A stretch of 63,989 nt of DNA, the filler included, from Neoconidiobolus thromboides FSU 785 (taxonomy: Eukaryota; Fungi; Entomophthoromycota): the NCBI GenBank assembly GCA_025603075.1. It is 7 parts of 7 records of this genome, joined end to end, with 100 filler letters (N's around TTAATTAATTAA, not from the genome) between each part and the next. Parts side by side here need not be neighbours in the genome. Positions count along the whole stretch, not along the records: positions 11,144 to 38,028 come from MU626503.1; 6 more parts are not named here. One strand, 5' to 3'. Shown in pieces: positions 25,180-38,028 of the stretch. The notes under the pieces are model-generated. The model was given only the letters and a program-made list of their open reading frames with translations. It was not told where the DNA came from and searched no databases. Each line of letters starts with the position of its first letter. Position 1 is the first letter of the stretch. A program made the translations under genes and the position numbers.

Positions 25180-26097
25180 TTAAGGTTTAGCAACAATATA
25201 ATAAGTAGTACCAAAATGGAATCTACTTACTGATTGAACATCCAACTTTGCCGCTTCACAAAGTTTTAAAATATCTCGATTCCACCAACAACCCCATTTG
25301 TTAGCATGGTCCTCCGCATGTTGATTCAATAATTTATTTAAAAACTCTAATTTACCAACCCCATGTTGTAATAAAATGATTTTACCCCCATCTTTGTTAC
25401 AAACTCTTTTCATTTCTTTAATGGCTTTAATAGGATCTTTATAACTACATAATCCAAACGTATCAATTACCGTATCAAACTCATTCTCCTTAAATTCTTT
25501 CAAATGTTCACTATCTCCTCGATAAAACCTTATCCTTTTTCCTAATTTAATATATTCTTTAACTAAACTTTTAGTATAAGGATTGTTTTCACTTTGTTGT
25601 AACATTGAACCACTTTTATCTAACAAAGTTAAACTTGAAATTTCATTTTTTAGACCTATTGTATCATGATAATATTTCATATTTCTACCTGTACCTACAG
25701 ATAATTCAAGTACATTACCAGAAGCATTGGTTTTGATAACATAACGACGTAATAAATACAATCCCATAACAAACTCGTCCCATTTGGTTTTCGAATCATA
25801 ATCATTAGCTATACTATCATATGTTTTCGTCTTATCGGTTTGCTGTTCTAATAAATCGATAATTGTCTTGGGGTTTGGGACATCAGTAGTTGACTTGATT
25901 GTTTCTGTGGACTTGGAGGTAGATTGATTGTAAAATAAATGCAAAGAGATGAAATAGATACTTATTGTACCTAATGCTAATGGTATAGCTATCGTTGATT
26001 TTTTTGCTGTTGGAGGTTGAGTTGTATAATTTAATTTCGTTAGTATTGTACATGGTTTAACATGTCGTATATATGTTTTGATGTGATTGAATATCAT
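25180..26097 (-). CDS. OMS1: Mitochondrial SAM-dependent methyltransferase, OMS1-like
   Basis: N-terminal TM, VLELSVGTGRN, FDTVIDTFGLCS, EMKRVC...GG.IILLQHG, C-terminal RFHFGTTY. Confidence 0.85.
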   Translation of the reverse strand: MIFNHIKTYIRHVKPCTILTKLNYTTQPPTAKKSTIAIPLALGTISIYFISLHLFYNQSTSKSTETIKSTTDVPNPKTIIDLLEQQTDKTKTYDSIANDYDSKTKWDEFVMGLYLLRRYVIKTNASGNVLELSVGTGRNMKYYHDTIGLKNEISSLTLLDKSGSMLQQSENNPYTKSLVKEYIKLGKRIRFYRGDSEHLKEFKENEFDTVIDTFGLCSYKDPIKAIKEMKRVCNKDGGKIILLQHGVGKLEFLNKLLNQHAEDHANKWGCWWNRDILKLCEAAKLDVQSVSRFHFGTTYYIVAKP

Positions 26098-26229
26098 AGC
26101 TAATTTTTTTAAAATTTAAAAACGTAAAGTTGATAATGATGAATTTTCGATTTACAAATTAAAAAAATAATTTGAAATTTCTGTCAACTTTTGTTCTTTA
26201 GTAAATTTAATATGAAATGAATTCAGAGA

Positions 26230-27496
26230 ATGGGAGTAAATGAAGGTGTTAAATTAACTAGAAAAGAGTATAGGCGATTAAAAAAATATGATAAAAGGAA
26301 AAAAAAACGCCAAGATAAAGCCATTCAGTTATTAAGAGAGAAGACAGCAAATGATAAAGCGGGAAATGCCAAGGATAACGAAGTAAATAGACAAGAAGGT
26401 AATTTTATAACTAGTTAATTAATAATAATTAACGTAACATTAGAAATAGACAGGTAATAAAAAACAATTCAAATAAAAGATTAAAAATAATGACAAATCA
26501 TTTAGTACTTATTTTTTAACCCATAAAGAATGGAAAATTAGAGATACTGAAAGAAAGGAGATAGAAGCTAGAATCGAATCTAAACAACAGAATTTAAAAA
26601 ATAAACTATCAAAGTTATTAGGGAAGGAAACAACTATTAATGACAAAAACCATACCCTAAAGAAACACAAAATTAATAATAATAAAGATCAAGAAGATAA
26701 TAACAAACTTAACAAACTTAACAAACAAATCATTGAGCTGGAAACTCATAATAAAGGGTTGATGGTAACTTTTTAAAATATATAATTAATAAAGTAATGA
26801 TAGAATAAATAGAATAATAAAAAACAATCAGAACAACAAAGCTGTATAACGTATAATAAATTAGGAATCTGTATTTTAGGTCCAAATTGTTATTATTTAC
26901 ATACTACAATTACTGAAGGTCATGTTATTATTATACCAAACTGGTTTCAATTTGATTATTTTAATAAGTCAAAAAAAGAAATGGTAATTATATTTAATTT
27001 TAATTACATCCAAGTATATTAATTTAAGCTTTATTGAAAATTTAATATTAGAAGGAAAGGAATTTTAATACAATCAAAGAAGCTAACATATTTTTCAAAT
27101 TGAATCTGAAATGGTTGGGAAGGTTAGGAGCAATTAAGAATTTGAAAGTAAGATTTACTTGAAACCTACCTAATGTTTATTAACTTAATCTGATAATAGA
27201 TTTCTTATCATCCCAAGCTTGAATTTTCGGGCCATGTATACATAGAATATGCTACTATAACGGATGCCAAATATAGTCTAAATGAACTTAAATTTAAAAA
27301 ATCAGATAATTTTCAGTTTTTACCTAGATTTTTATCGATTAGAAGTTTAAATCTAGTACTATGTGGTAATTTTTATATAATCTATTGTGTTTTCATATAT
27401 AAACTATAACATTTTATCTTAGAACATCAGTTGAAATATAATCAATGTCAATTAATTAATAATTGTAATCAATTACACTGGTTAAATGAATTATAA
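26230..27496 (+). CDS. Divergent CwfJ-like (Cwf19/CWF19L2-like) protein, multi-exon, tentative
   Basis: Lys-rich N-terminus; internal exons ICILGPNCYYL...EGHVIIIP and GHVYIEY resemble CwfJ C-terminal motifs. Exon structure uncertain. Confidence 0.35.
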
Positions 27497-27990
27497 GTTA
27501 AATTCTTAGCTGAGTATGTTTTCAAAGTATTGAAGACAATTGAAGGTCCCATTAGACAACTGTAGTTAGTAATTAATACTGTGTTCTTATAAATAAAAAA
27601 GAACGTTTATCTATTTTATAAGTATTTAACAATTTTGTGACATAACTTTGATTTGGTTAGCTAGTAAACTAAATAACACTAGAACATTCAACTGTAGTGG
27701 TAAAATTTTAATAATAGTAATTATTCAGTACTACTACTCTTTAAAAATTAAATAAAGTCATCCTCAGATTTTGATTCATTACTGAATAAACTTCATAAAT
27801 AAAATTTGGTTTCTTAAATCATTACAAATTTATAATTGTCTGTTGATTTACTAATTTCTTCTTGTTTTAAACTATATTTCAAATTTTCTCTTGATATTGC
27901 TCCTTTTTAAAATTATCTACCTTCTTTCACTAATGTTGACTCTAAGTTAGTCAGTATTATTATTTAATCGTATATTTAATCACTATATGG

Positions 27991-28245
27991 GGACGTCTAA
28001 ATTAGTTTCATTTAGCTAGCTAATAAAATAAAATAAATAATGATATTAGATTTTTAATATGATTATATTATTTTTATATTAAAACTACTTAATATTCCTA
28101 TTTTTTTAAAATTAATTAAAATTTAAATCATTATTAAATAGACCAAGTAAACTATTTTAATTAAATGATTTTTTTTGACTTTACTTTTTCCATCTTTTAA
28201 GTGCTATTTAAGCGGAGAAATAATGAAATTAAAAAAAACATGCCC
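27991..28245 (+). mobile_element. Degenerate GGGG...CCC element with B-like left end and A-like right part
   Basis: ATAT-GGGGACGTCTAAATTAGTTTCA at the left; family A core AAGTGCTATTTAAGCGGA and ACATGCCC-ATAT at the right. Confidence 0.6.
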
Positions 28246-28379
28246 ATATTATAACTTACGATATACTAAAAATCCCTTTACAAATTTTTTTAATACCAAA
28301 CTTTAATATTACATTATTAAATAATAATTTTTGTTTTAAATTTTAGCAAAAAAAATGAAATAACTAATAGTAAAACAAT

Positions 28380-30627
28380 ATTGATTCTTTTATTATACTA
28401 ATCTTATTTTCAACCTTATTTTTTTATTTAATAACATTTTTTGAATTTCTACTTTAGCTTTTCTACCTTAATAAATTAACTTTTTACTGATTTTTCAACT
28501 TTTTATCTACATTTTTTATTATAATACATAATCTTTTAGAACTTTTTTTTATCAACTTTGAGCACTTTTTAATTTCCTTAAAACTTTATAGGTCTTTTAA
28601 GAGCATAAGTTTTTGCTTTTTTCCTTTTATTTAAAACATCACTTACAATATAATTAATATCAACTACTTAATGGTTGTAGTCAGCTACATTGGCCAAATG
28701 AAATTTAAATTAAGTTTTTAATTCTCAATTTCAAATTCATAGCCTGCATATGTCTTTAAAGTATTGAAATCAATTAAAGGGGCTACTGGGTGACTAAACT
28801 CATAATCAATATTGTTGTTTTTGAATAAAATAAATAAAACAACTCACCCTTTTTGTAAACATTTAATAATTTTATGGTGTGCTTCGATTTGATTAGCTAA
28901 CAAACTAAAAAATCATGTGTTAAATCCATATTGTAATCCCATTATCTTAATAACAAAAGTTACCTAGTATTGCTATTCTTTAAAAATTTAATAAATGACA
29001 GGTCAAACTTTAATTCATTGTTAAATAAACTCGGTAAATAACCTTTAGTTTCTTGAGATATCATGGATTTATAATATTCTATCAGCTTGTTGGTTTCATC
29101 TTGTTTTAAATTGTATTTTAAATTTTGACATATTAAATATCTATTATCATTATATTATGTCACTATTGTTATTATTATCAAACTTACTTTTCAGCCAAAA
29201 TAGGATTAACGGTAGGTGGTTGAATTAAATAGACTTTATCAAATAACAAATAATTTAAGTATAAAATATCATGAGTAAATTTTGATAAAGTATTTGCTAA
29301 CTTTAAAACATAAATGCCTCCTTCAACTAAAGTTAAACTCATAATTATTTGTCGTAACAATACTCCTTTTTGATACTCCTTATCTCCTTCTAATAATGTT
29401 GGCTACAAACAAGTTAGTATTTGAATATTTGTTTATACTTATTATTATTTGTTTACCATATCACAAAATATAAGATTAATCTTATTTTTCTCAAATTGAT
29501 GTTGATTCATAGTTAATAAGTCATTTTTGAACGAATCAAAATCTATATAAAAATAGTTATTAACATAATCAATATAAAAATATTGTTGTAAAGTACCATT
29601 TTCATTGATATAATTTAAATAAAAATTGCTGTTGTTTTGCTTATTCTCTTCACTTACTGCTTCTTTATTGTCTATAATAATCCCCTTCACTCCCCCTTTC
29701 CTCTTGTTCTTTAAAAATTCTGATTTGTTGTTAATTAAGTGTATTTGAAGCTAATAAAAGAACTACCATTAAGGACACCTGGATTAGAATTCAGTTCCAA
29801 AAAAGAAACATACTAGATAAAATTAGCATTCTAATTAAATATAAATACATGATTAACTTACATCAAACTTGAAATCACTTAAAAAATGAACAGTACTTTC
29901 AATGTTAACTAATTCTAAGCTCAAATTGTGTTGGAAATACACCCCTTTTAAATTTAAACAGGGGAAAATGGACTTCATTATTAATGTTCTTCCCTTACGT
30001 GGTAATTCATTTAGTTGTTTCTAGAAATAATTTATTGTTACTGATATTATTTGAATCTGCAGTGTTATCTTCTGATTACCTGTAAATCACGTAAATAATT
30101 CATCATTTTACCATCGAAGAAAGGCCCTTCAAATAATAAAAAATGCTATTTTTATAATTTAAATGCTATTTTTTAACAAAGAGTATAAATAACTTTACTG
30201 GTGATAGATTGAAATCGATTATCTTTTCAAAACAATTTTGAATATCAGTATACTCTTTAACACTACTTTGGGTTGAAAAAAATACAGCTCTAAACAAGTT
30301 TTTATCATAGCTGTTTTTTTTATCAAATGTTCTAACTTCTTCTTTTAACTGTGATACATTCATTTTCATCCCTCTGTTTATATTATTATTTGGCAACAAT
30401 ATACTGTGGCTTTTTAACATTCTATCATTTTCTAATGGGTTTAGTGGGCCCCTTTTTTTATCTTTAAAATTACTTTGAGCTTTACGTTGCCTTGGCGAAA
30501 AATGAATGTTAGGTGCCGCTATACCGCTATCTAATGAGCATTCGACATATTCTTTCTCGTCTTTATTGTACTATTAGCTTATATTTTATAATTTAATTTT
30601 TGATTCATTACTTGTGTATGGCTCCAT
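28380..30627 (-). CDS. Hypothetical multi-exon protein
   Basis: Chain of open exons (including tracked ORFs 30166-30420 and 29445-29690) with GT-AG boundaries, head-to-head with TFB1. No family recognised; ends approximate. Confidence 0.35.
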
Positions 30628-30796
30628 AATTATCCTTTGTTTAATATTGCTAAAATAATTCTTTGCTTTATAACTCGCAGCTTCAGTTTAATTTCAAAAT
30701 TAGCCAATAGATTCATAATTATTGTAATTTACTCTATTTACACAATTTGATTCTACGTTTTTGAATTTTATCCTTTATATCTAAAACCATTTTAAA

Positions 30797-33073
30797 ATGG
30801 TATCATTTTTAGAGAATGAAGTAGTATCCTCAAACATGCATCCAGTGACATATGAAAAAAAAAAAGGAAGATTATATTTTACTTCAGAAAGGATAGCATA
30901 TGTATATGATGGAGAACAAGAATTTGCAGTTAGTATTGAACATGGTTCTATTGTTAAGCATTTAGCTACTAGTGATAACGCAAAAATTCCAAAGATTAAG
31001 ATTGAAACAGATAGTACGACTAATAAGGAATTTGTTTTTTCTTTTGGGTATCAAAACGGCGTTGACGATAAAAATGTATTTAAACAATTGATTCAACAAT
31101 ATAGACTCAATAGAGAAAATAATGCTACAATGTTCAATAATAATAGCAATAATGCTTCTACGGATAATACTGGTGTAGATAACAATACTTTAAATCAGAA
31201 AAATGAAGATTCAACTATGAATCCTACAACTAACATACCATTGAACAAAGAAAGACAAGATGGAGTCACTGGTATTGATTCTATGGAGTTAAGGATTCGA
31301 GCTTCAATCTTATCAAAAAATAATAATTTAGCCAAGTTACATCAGAAATTAGTCTTGACGGGTATAATTTCTGAAGAAGAATTTTGGGAAAATAGAAAAG
31401 TAACCAACATTGTTAAGAATTGAAGGAACACTATTTATAAATGTATCTTATTTTTAGGTTTTATTAAATAACCAGCAGATTCAATTAAATCAGAGTAAAG
31501 CTCAGAGTTCAGCCTGGTTAGATTTGAAACCTAATGCTCAGGACGGAAACGAAATTAAATACACTATCACTCCTGATATTATTAATGAAATATTTTTAGT
31601 TTATCCCTCAGGTAAATTAATATATAACTATTATTCTATAGTATATATGATATTTAATAACTATTAGTCAAAAGCGCATATGAAGAAAATGTACCAGATA
31701 AAGTAAAATTTTATGAGATTGATTTAGATATTAAAATACTAATTTATATCAGATTAATGAAATTGATTTTTGGAAACGATTTTTTGCTTCAAAATATTTC
31801 CATAGAAATCGTTCAAATACTAGAATTAATTTGGATCTAGATGATCCTATTTTTGATCCTTTATTAGATCAAGATGATCAAGGTAAAATATTGATATAAT
31901 AACAATATAAAAATAATATGTAAATGTGATACAATATTAATATTATTACTATAATAATAGAGGCGGAATCTTTAGCTAAAAAATTCAAAAGTGATAGCAT
32001 ACTAAAAAGTATTGATTTAAATGCGAATGAAGCAGATCATGAAGAAGTAAATAATAATAATAATAATAACATAGCCACTCGTAATATAATATTTATTATT
32101 ATTAGTTTGGTAATCAACCAGATCAGACCATGATACCAGGACGTACCAAAAATGCATTATCTTTGATCCGAAGGTTTAATTTCCATTCTAATCAAATTCT
32201 AAATAATGCAAAGTAATTCAATTATTAGTTATAATAATAGTATATTAATATTTATTTGATAGGAACAATAACACAACTACAACTAATAATGAAGTAAGAG
32301 TTGTTTTATTACTATATATATATTTATTGCTTTTTAGGATATTATTAAAAAAGAGTTAATAATTGAAGATTTAAATAAACAAAAGCAAATTAATAGTATT
32401 CCACTTCAACTTAGAGATAACAACAATATTTTGAATATCAGCAATAATACGAAAGAGGAAATAAAGGAAGAAAACAATGAGGTAGATATCATACTAATTC
32501 ACCTAGATATATAGTTTTAATTTTTTATTATAGGATTACAACAAGGTTGTTGAAAAGTTTAAAAAGGATTATCAACAATTAGATTTGAATTTGTGTAATG
32601 TAAGCATGTTCAATTATTATTATATATTAATATATCTTTACTGTTATTATTTAATAGAATAAAACGCATACTAAATTAGCTAGTGATGCCAACATTAAAT
32701 TTAGTGAAATTATTCAAAACAATAGACAAAGTAAAGAAAACCCGAAGAATATATTAGATAGCAGCAAGTTAAATGAATTGAAAACTTTTCATTTAATTGG
32801 AGTTGAATTGTTAACTCAATACTGGTCAACAGTCAATCAAAATACCAATGACTTGGAGAAAGAAAAACGAATGATTGAAGCACTAAATAAAGTTAGAAGA
32901 GATATTATTGAAGTTGTTAGAACACAACAAAAAATTGACAAAATGACATTTAAACTATCAAAATTAGTAAGAGATTAGCTATAATTGCCCATGATTTTGT
33001 ATTTACTTTTATTTTATAGTATATGAGTTCTTTGATAAGAGCTATTGATTTCGTGATTCAAAAGCAAGCTTAA
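30797..33073 (+). CDS. TFB1: TFIIH p62 subunit (PH and BSD domains), multi-exon
   Basis: KKKGRLYFTSERI (PH), LHQKLVLTGIISEEEFWENR, IKYTITPDII.EIF..YP.V..AY...VP......FW.RFF.SKYF; last exon YMSSLIRAIDFVIQKQA*. Confidence 0.9.
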
Positions 33074-33850
33074 AAACTTTCTTCTTCATTAAAAAAATAA
33101 GCATACAATAATATGGAAGCATAAATTAGCAATCCTCCGCTTATTGATAAGGTTGCAGCCATTGGCTCTATCTTTAATAAAAATTAAATTATTAGTATTA
33201 TATTGTATTATGTTGTATTATTGTTTACTAAATTTGAATGACTTAATACTAATGGTAAACCTAGAAAAATTAAAAAAGTTAATAATTTATGATATATAGC
33301 AATAAGTAAGGTATACCGAATCCAGAAACAACGAATACTGAAGTTAAAAATTTACCAGCATCCGAGAATCCACTATAATGATATTGAATAAAATAAATAA
33401 AAGATGTAAGGTTATTAAGACTTACTTATTATTGTTGTCAGATAAAATGTCCTCATTTATATTGGAACACCTTTGACATAATGGGTTTGGTATAGCAGCA
33501 AATAAATAAATAAACACTAAGAAATTCAGATTAATATTTTATTGGATTAATAAATTTAATTTCTTACCTACTATTAATGGTAGCCAATTTCTAGAATGAT
33601 TAAGGTTGTTATTTAGTTAGAAAGTTTACAGTTTAAATGTTATAGTTACCCATACAAAGCACAGGCTAAAATTGATAATAAAAATCCAACGGCTAATACA
33701 AACGCTAAGCTTACGATTCTAATTTTATTTTTGTTAAAATCAAATTATTGTTGATATCATTATAATTATTGTTACGCTATAAAAAAACCCATATTAAATA
33801 AATCCTAATTTATATTACAATATTCACTATTTACTTTTCAATCCTGCCAT
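33070..33850 (-). CDS. VPS55: Vacuolar protein sorting 55 (LEPROT family), multi-exon with a probable 1-nt exon
   Basis: MAGLK(T)IVSLAFVLAVGFLLSILACALYGNWLPLIVV...IPNPLC...DAGKFLTSVFVVSGFG.PLVLSH...LSISGGLLIYASILLYAYFFNEEESF*. Not in the ORF track. Confidence 0.9.
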
Positions 33851-34612
33851 CCTTCTCTTTTACTTATTCGCTAATATTAAAAATAAACTCTCTTTTTTAC
33901 TCAAATTGAGTATTTAATTTCTTGTCATAAGCAAACAGCAAATTCATTGGCCTATATTGACGTCATTGGACGCCATCAATTGAAGCATGAGTTTTACTTT
34001 TTATATAATTGTTGAAAATTAATTGAATATCAGTATAAATCAAATGTTTGTATTTGTCATATAGAAAAGACAGGTAATAATATAGGGCTTTCCCATATGA
34101 TGCCTGATTTCTTGTAGCTTTTAGATGGTGAAGGCAGATGATTCCAATAGTGGATTTTATTTTTTGCAAAGCGGCTAATAATCTTTAAATTATATTTCAA
34201 TTGAAAAATATCAATAATTACAGCTATATAGCTGTTAAGTTTAATTGCATGCTGCTCAAGTTTTCATTTAACAAAACCTCACATTTTAAATTGTAATTAT
34301 AGCGATAATTCAATTTTTTATTAATAAATTATTGTCAAATAGTTCTTTCTTTTACTTATAAATTATAACTCTCATTTCAAGTAGTAAAAAAATTTAAGTT
34401 ATACTTTTTACTCTAACAAACAACGCTATTTTTTTTCAAAAATTGGATATAATATATAGAAAAGCTTTACAAATCATATTATAAAAAAGTACTAGATTTT
34501 AAATGAAGAATGTATCTATGTTAGATAAAAAAGCTTGGTGCCTTTTACATATTAAGCAAATTTCAAAACAAAAAGCATTAGTCATAAAGAGCTTATATAT
34601 CACATAAAACAT

Positions 34613-34710
34613 GGGAGTGTTTTTTTCGACTTCATTATTTTTTCCATTTTTTAAGCACTATTTAAGCGGAAAATTTGTTAGCAGATTCTTAAACACAAAA
34701 ACATATCCCC
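34613..34710 (+). mobile_element. MITE family A copy (98 bp) with ACAT TSD
   Basis: ACAT-GGGAGTGT...ATATCCCC-ACAT. Confidence 0.92.
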
Positions 34711-35129
34711 ACATGTTATTTAAAAAAAATTATAAATAGCTTAAAAATTAGTTTATTTTTTAATACTAATTTTGAATATTATAATTATTTTAATATAAAC
34801 ATATAAAAGCAATACTTGACATATAAACTATTACAACATTAATAATGCAATTAAGAAACAAGTGCTTTTTAACTATTGAAAAACAAATATTTCAAATTAA
34901 ATGTTAAAACATTAGAATAGTTTTTAAAAATATAAACAAAAATTAAGCCAAAAAAAATATAGTATAAAAAGCTATATATGTAACAATTTTAATTTATACT
35001 AAATTAAATAAAATTTGAGTTTTTATTTATTTAGTTTGTATACTAGTTGTTTAGAACTGTATAATTATATTATTCTATTTTTACAAATACATTTATATAT
35101 ATTTGTAAAGTTTTCAATAAAACGACAGG

Positions 35130-35202
35130 GGGGAACTAGCTCAGATGGTAGAGCGCTCGCTTAGCATGCGAGAGGCACCGGGATCGATGCCCGGGTTCTC
35201 CA
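35130..35202 (+). tRNA. tRNA-Ala(AGC)
   Basis: Cloverleaf: acceptor stem GGGGAAC/GTTCTCC with G3:U70, anticodon arm CTCGC-TTAGCAT-GCGAG, T arm CCGGG-ATCGATG-CCCGG. Confidence 0.95.
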
Positions 35203-35349
35203 TCTTATACTCTAATAAGAGATACATGCGTTAAAAATATTTTACTATATCTGAATTGGTCTCATTTTTTTATTAAATTTAATAGACTCCCAAATTAGCA
35301 AGGACTTTACTAATACAACTTATATATTAATTAAAGTTGTAATATATAT

Positions 35350-35435
35350 GAGGGTGTTTTTTTGGCTTCATTACTTTTTCCATCTTTTAAGTACTATTTG
35401 AGCAGTAAAATTGTTAAACGCAAAAAAGCATCCCC
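35350..35435 (+). mobile_element. MITE family A copy
   Basis: ATAT-GAGGGTGT...GCATCCCC-ATAT. Confidence 0.88.
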
Positions 35436-35584
35436 ATATATATATTTATCAATAAAGTTTTGTTAGTAGTTAAAGCTAAATACCCAGAAATTAAACCAAA
35501 TATATTTAGCTAAATTTCACCAAAATAATCATAAATACTATATAATTTAAATTCATTAATTCAATATTATTATAGATTTGTTTT

Positions 35585-35668
35585 AAAAAGCTGATTTTTT
35601 CATTTAAGAATTTTATTAGCAGTTTTTCTATTATTTGAATGGAAAAAGTGATGAAACTAAAACACCCC
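35585..35668 (-). mobile_element. Degenerate MITE family A copy
   Basis: ATGGAAAAAGTGATGAA...ACACCCC matches the reverse complement of the left arm. Confidence 0.6.
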
Positions 35669-35911
35669 TATATATTCAAATAATTACAAGCTATTTTTTA
35701 TTTTAATTGACACTTTTTTAGAAACTGCAATTGTTTTATAATAAATAACATTTACCATCATAACTTGGTCTTGTCATTATAAAAACTTTATAAAATTCAG
35801 ACATTTTAAGCAAAAAAGCCATTAATTAAAATAGTATTTAGCTAATAAAAGCTTAAATATTATTCTTAGGCTGGATAGGTATATTTGTTTAATAACTCAA
35901 GTAAAAAAGTA

Positions 35912-35984
35912 TGCCTTCTATCGGAATCGAACCAATGACCTTCCGCTTACTAGGCGGACGCTCTGCCAACTGAGCCAAGAAGGC
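35912..35984 (-). tRNA. tRNA-Thr(AGT)
   Basis: Reverse complement GCCTTCTTGGCTCAGTTGG...TCCGC-CTAGTAA-GCGGA...GGTTCGATTCC...AGAAGGCA, followed by a T6 Pol III terminator. Confidence 0.95.
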
Positions 35985-36296
35985 TTAGTATATGGGATTT
36001 TTTTATTATAATAATTTCTTCTATTTTCTACTAGTAACTTTTCTTATTAAATCGACTTTATACAGTTTAAATGGAATGCTTAACCTATTTTGTAATGCCA
36101 CCTTTTAGTTTGAACTTGATATTCTTTAGCTTTTTTAGTATTAAGCACTTTAGATTTTTACTTTTTGATGGTTTTTTATTAATAAAAATTATTTAATTCT
36201 CTAAACTTTTTTACTTTCCCTTATATTGTTACTATTTTTAATTATTATATAATAATAAATTATTTTTTAATTAAGCTTTATTTATTCGTTATATGG

Positions 36297-36690
36297 GGAT
36301 GTCCAAGTTAGTTTCAGAATTTATTAAAAAACTAATTTAAATTTCGTTTTTAAATTTATAGTTTTTAATATATGATTAGTTTAAACATAAAGATTTAGTC
36401 TTAAACTTTTTAAATAAATTTAAAAGTCTTATTTTAATGTTTTCACTAAATCTTTAATAAATATACAGGTATTTGACTTTTTTTGTTGAAATAAAAATAA
36501 AATCCAAGTTTATATAACTAAACTTTAAAATGGAATTTTCAAAAAATTTAATATAATAGGGAGAATTACATTATAGTTCATTTACATTAATTTTAATAAT
36601 AATAAACTTAATCAAGCAATATATAAAATTAATGCTTTAAAGGAAACAGGAAACCAACAAGTAGCATTGTTATTAACTATAGCTTCGGTA
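36297..36690 (+). mobile_element. Degenerate family B repeat copy
   Basis: ATAT-GGGGATGTCCAAGTTAGTTTCAG start; 36465-36670 matches 37715-38028. Confidence 0.65.
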
Positions 36691-36840
36691 TATTTTTTAA
36701 TAAATATGAAAGTTTTGAGTTTAATATAAATGTAAACCAATATGATTATTCAAAAACAATTGATAATAATAAAATGTCGGTACTATAATCTATCATTAAA
36801 AGTACAAAAACCATTGACCAAAAAAGACATCATTATATGA

Positions 36841-36913
36841 TGATCCCGCCAGGGATCGAACCTGGAATCTTCTGTTCCGTAGACAGACGCCTTATCCATT
36901 GGGCCACGGGACC
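36841..36913 (-). tRNA. tRNA-Arg(ACG)
   Basis: Reverse complement GGTCCCGTGGCCCAATGGATAAGGCG-TCTGT-CTACGGA-ACAGA...GGTTCGATCCC..CGGGATCA. Confidence 0.95.
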
Positions 36914-37329
36914 ATTTTTAGTTTTCTATTTAAACATAAATATATATAGCCAAGTAATGTCTTGAAAAATCTATTACTCTAATGTTGATATAACAAACCT
37001 GAGTAAAAAAGGTAATTTTTTTGTAGCTAAGATTATGAATTTAAAAATGACCTCATTGGTTCTAATTGATCCAAGGGAAATTTATTATATTAAATTCAGC
37101 TATTTTTTAAAAGCTCTGCTAAATTATTTCAAGTTAATAGATTAAGTTTTTCAAATATTTAAATTCAGATTTAATTTTTAGATAGTTTTTGACAAATATT
37201 ATTAATAAAATTAAGTATCAATATTTTATTTAGTATTATATCCACAGAACAAATTAAACTAAGTTAAAAAGCAAAGATATAAAAATAAGCAAATAAATAA
37301 ATTAAAAATCAGATTAAATTTAAATATTT

Positions 37330-37380
37330 GGGAATGTATTTTTGTGTCTAACAATTTTTCCGCTTAAAAAAATCACCTCT
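37330..37380 (-). mobile_element. Internally deleted MITE family A copy (51 bp) with ATTT TSD
   Basis: ATTT-GGGAATGTATTTTTG...TTCCGCTTAA...CACCTCT-ATTT. Confidence 0.65.
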
Positions 37381-37542
37381 ATTTAATAATTTAAAATACA
37401 AAGCATTTAAAATAGTGTTTTGTAGTATAATTTTTATAGCTTTTTATTTAGCTAAATTAGCCTTACAAAAAGCTGATTTAATATTTACAATCAACTTATT
37501 TATACTATAGCTTTTTCTTAGAATATATTAGTTTCATTATTT

Positions 37543-38028
37543 GGGGTTGTCCTAATTGGTTTCAAAATTTACTTAGAAATTAATCCAAATTTAAAATTTT
37601 AAGTTTATGTTCAATATAACGGTTAAATCTAAAAAGCCTAAAGTTAAATCTCTCTATTTAAAACTTATTTTAATTGTTTCCTTTTCTTAAATAACTAATT
37701 TTCCTAGTTATATAGGTACAGTTATTTGACTTTATTTTTTGTTGAAATAAAAATAAAATGCAAACTTTCATAACTAAACTTCGAAATGAATTTTTGAAAA
37801 TTTCAATACAATAGGGAGGAGTACACAATATAAACATTGTAATTCATTTACATCAATTTTAAGAGCTACTTATAACAACCCAAGGTTTATGGAATTTTAT
37901 AATAAAACAAAACAAAGAAAAGACATATTATCAAAGTTTACTATCAATAATAATAATAATAAACTTAATCAAGTAATGTATAAAATTAGTGTTTTAAGGA
38001 AAACAGGAAATAAAAATCAGCAAGTAGC
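37543..38028 (+). mobile_element. Family B repeat copy, truncated by gap
   Basis: ATTT-GGGGTTGTCCTAATTGGTTTC start; reverse complement of about 100-470. Confidence 0.8.

Noticed and set aside
33963-34169. 68-aa minus-strand ORF upstream of VPS55
   Set aside because: Non-ATG start, no motifs, lies in a promoter region.
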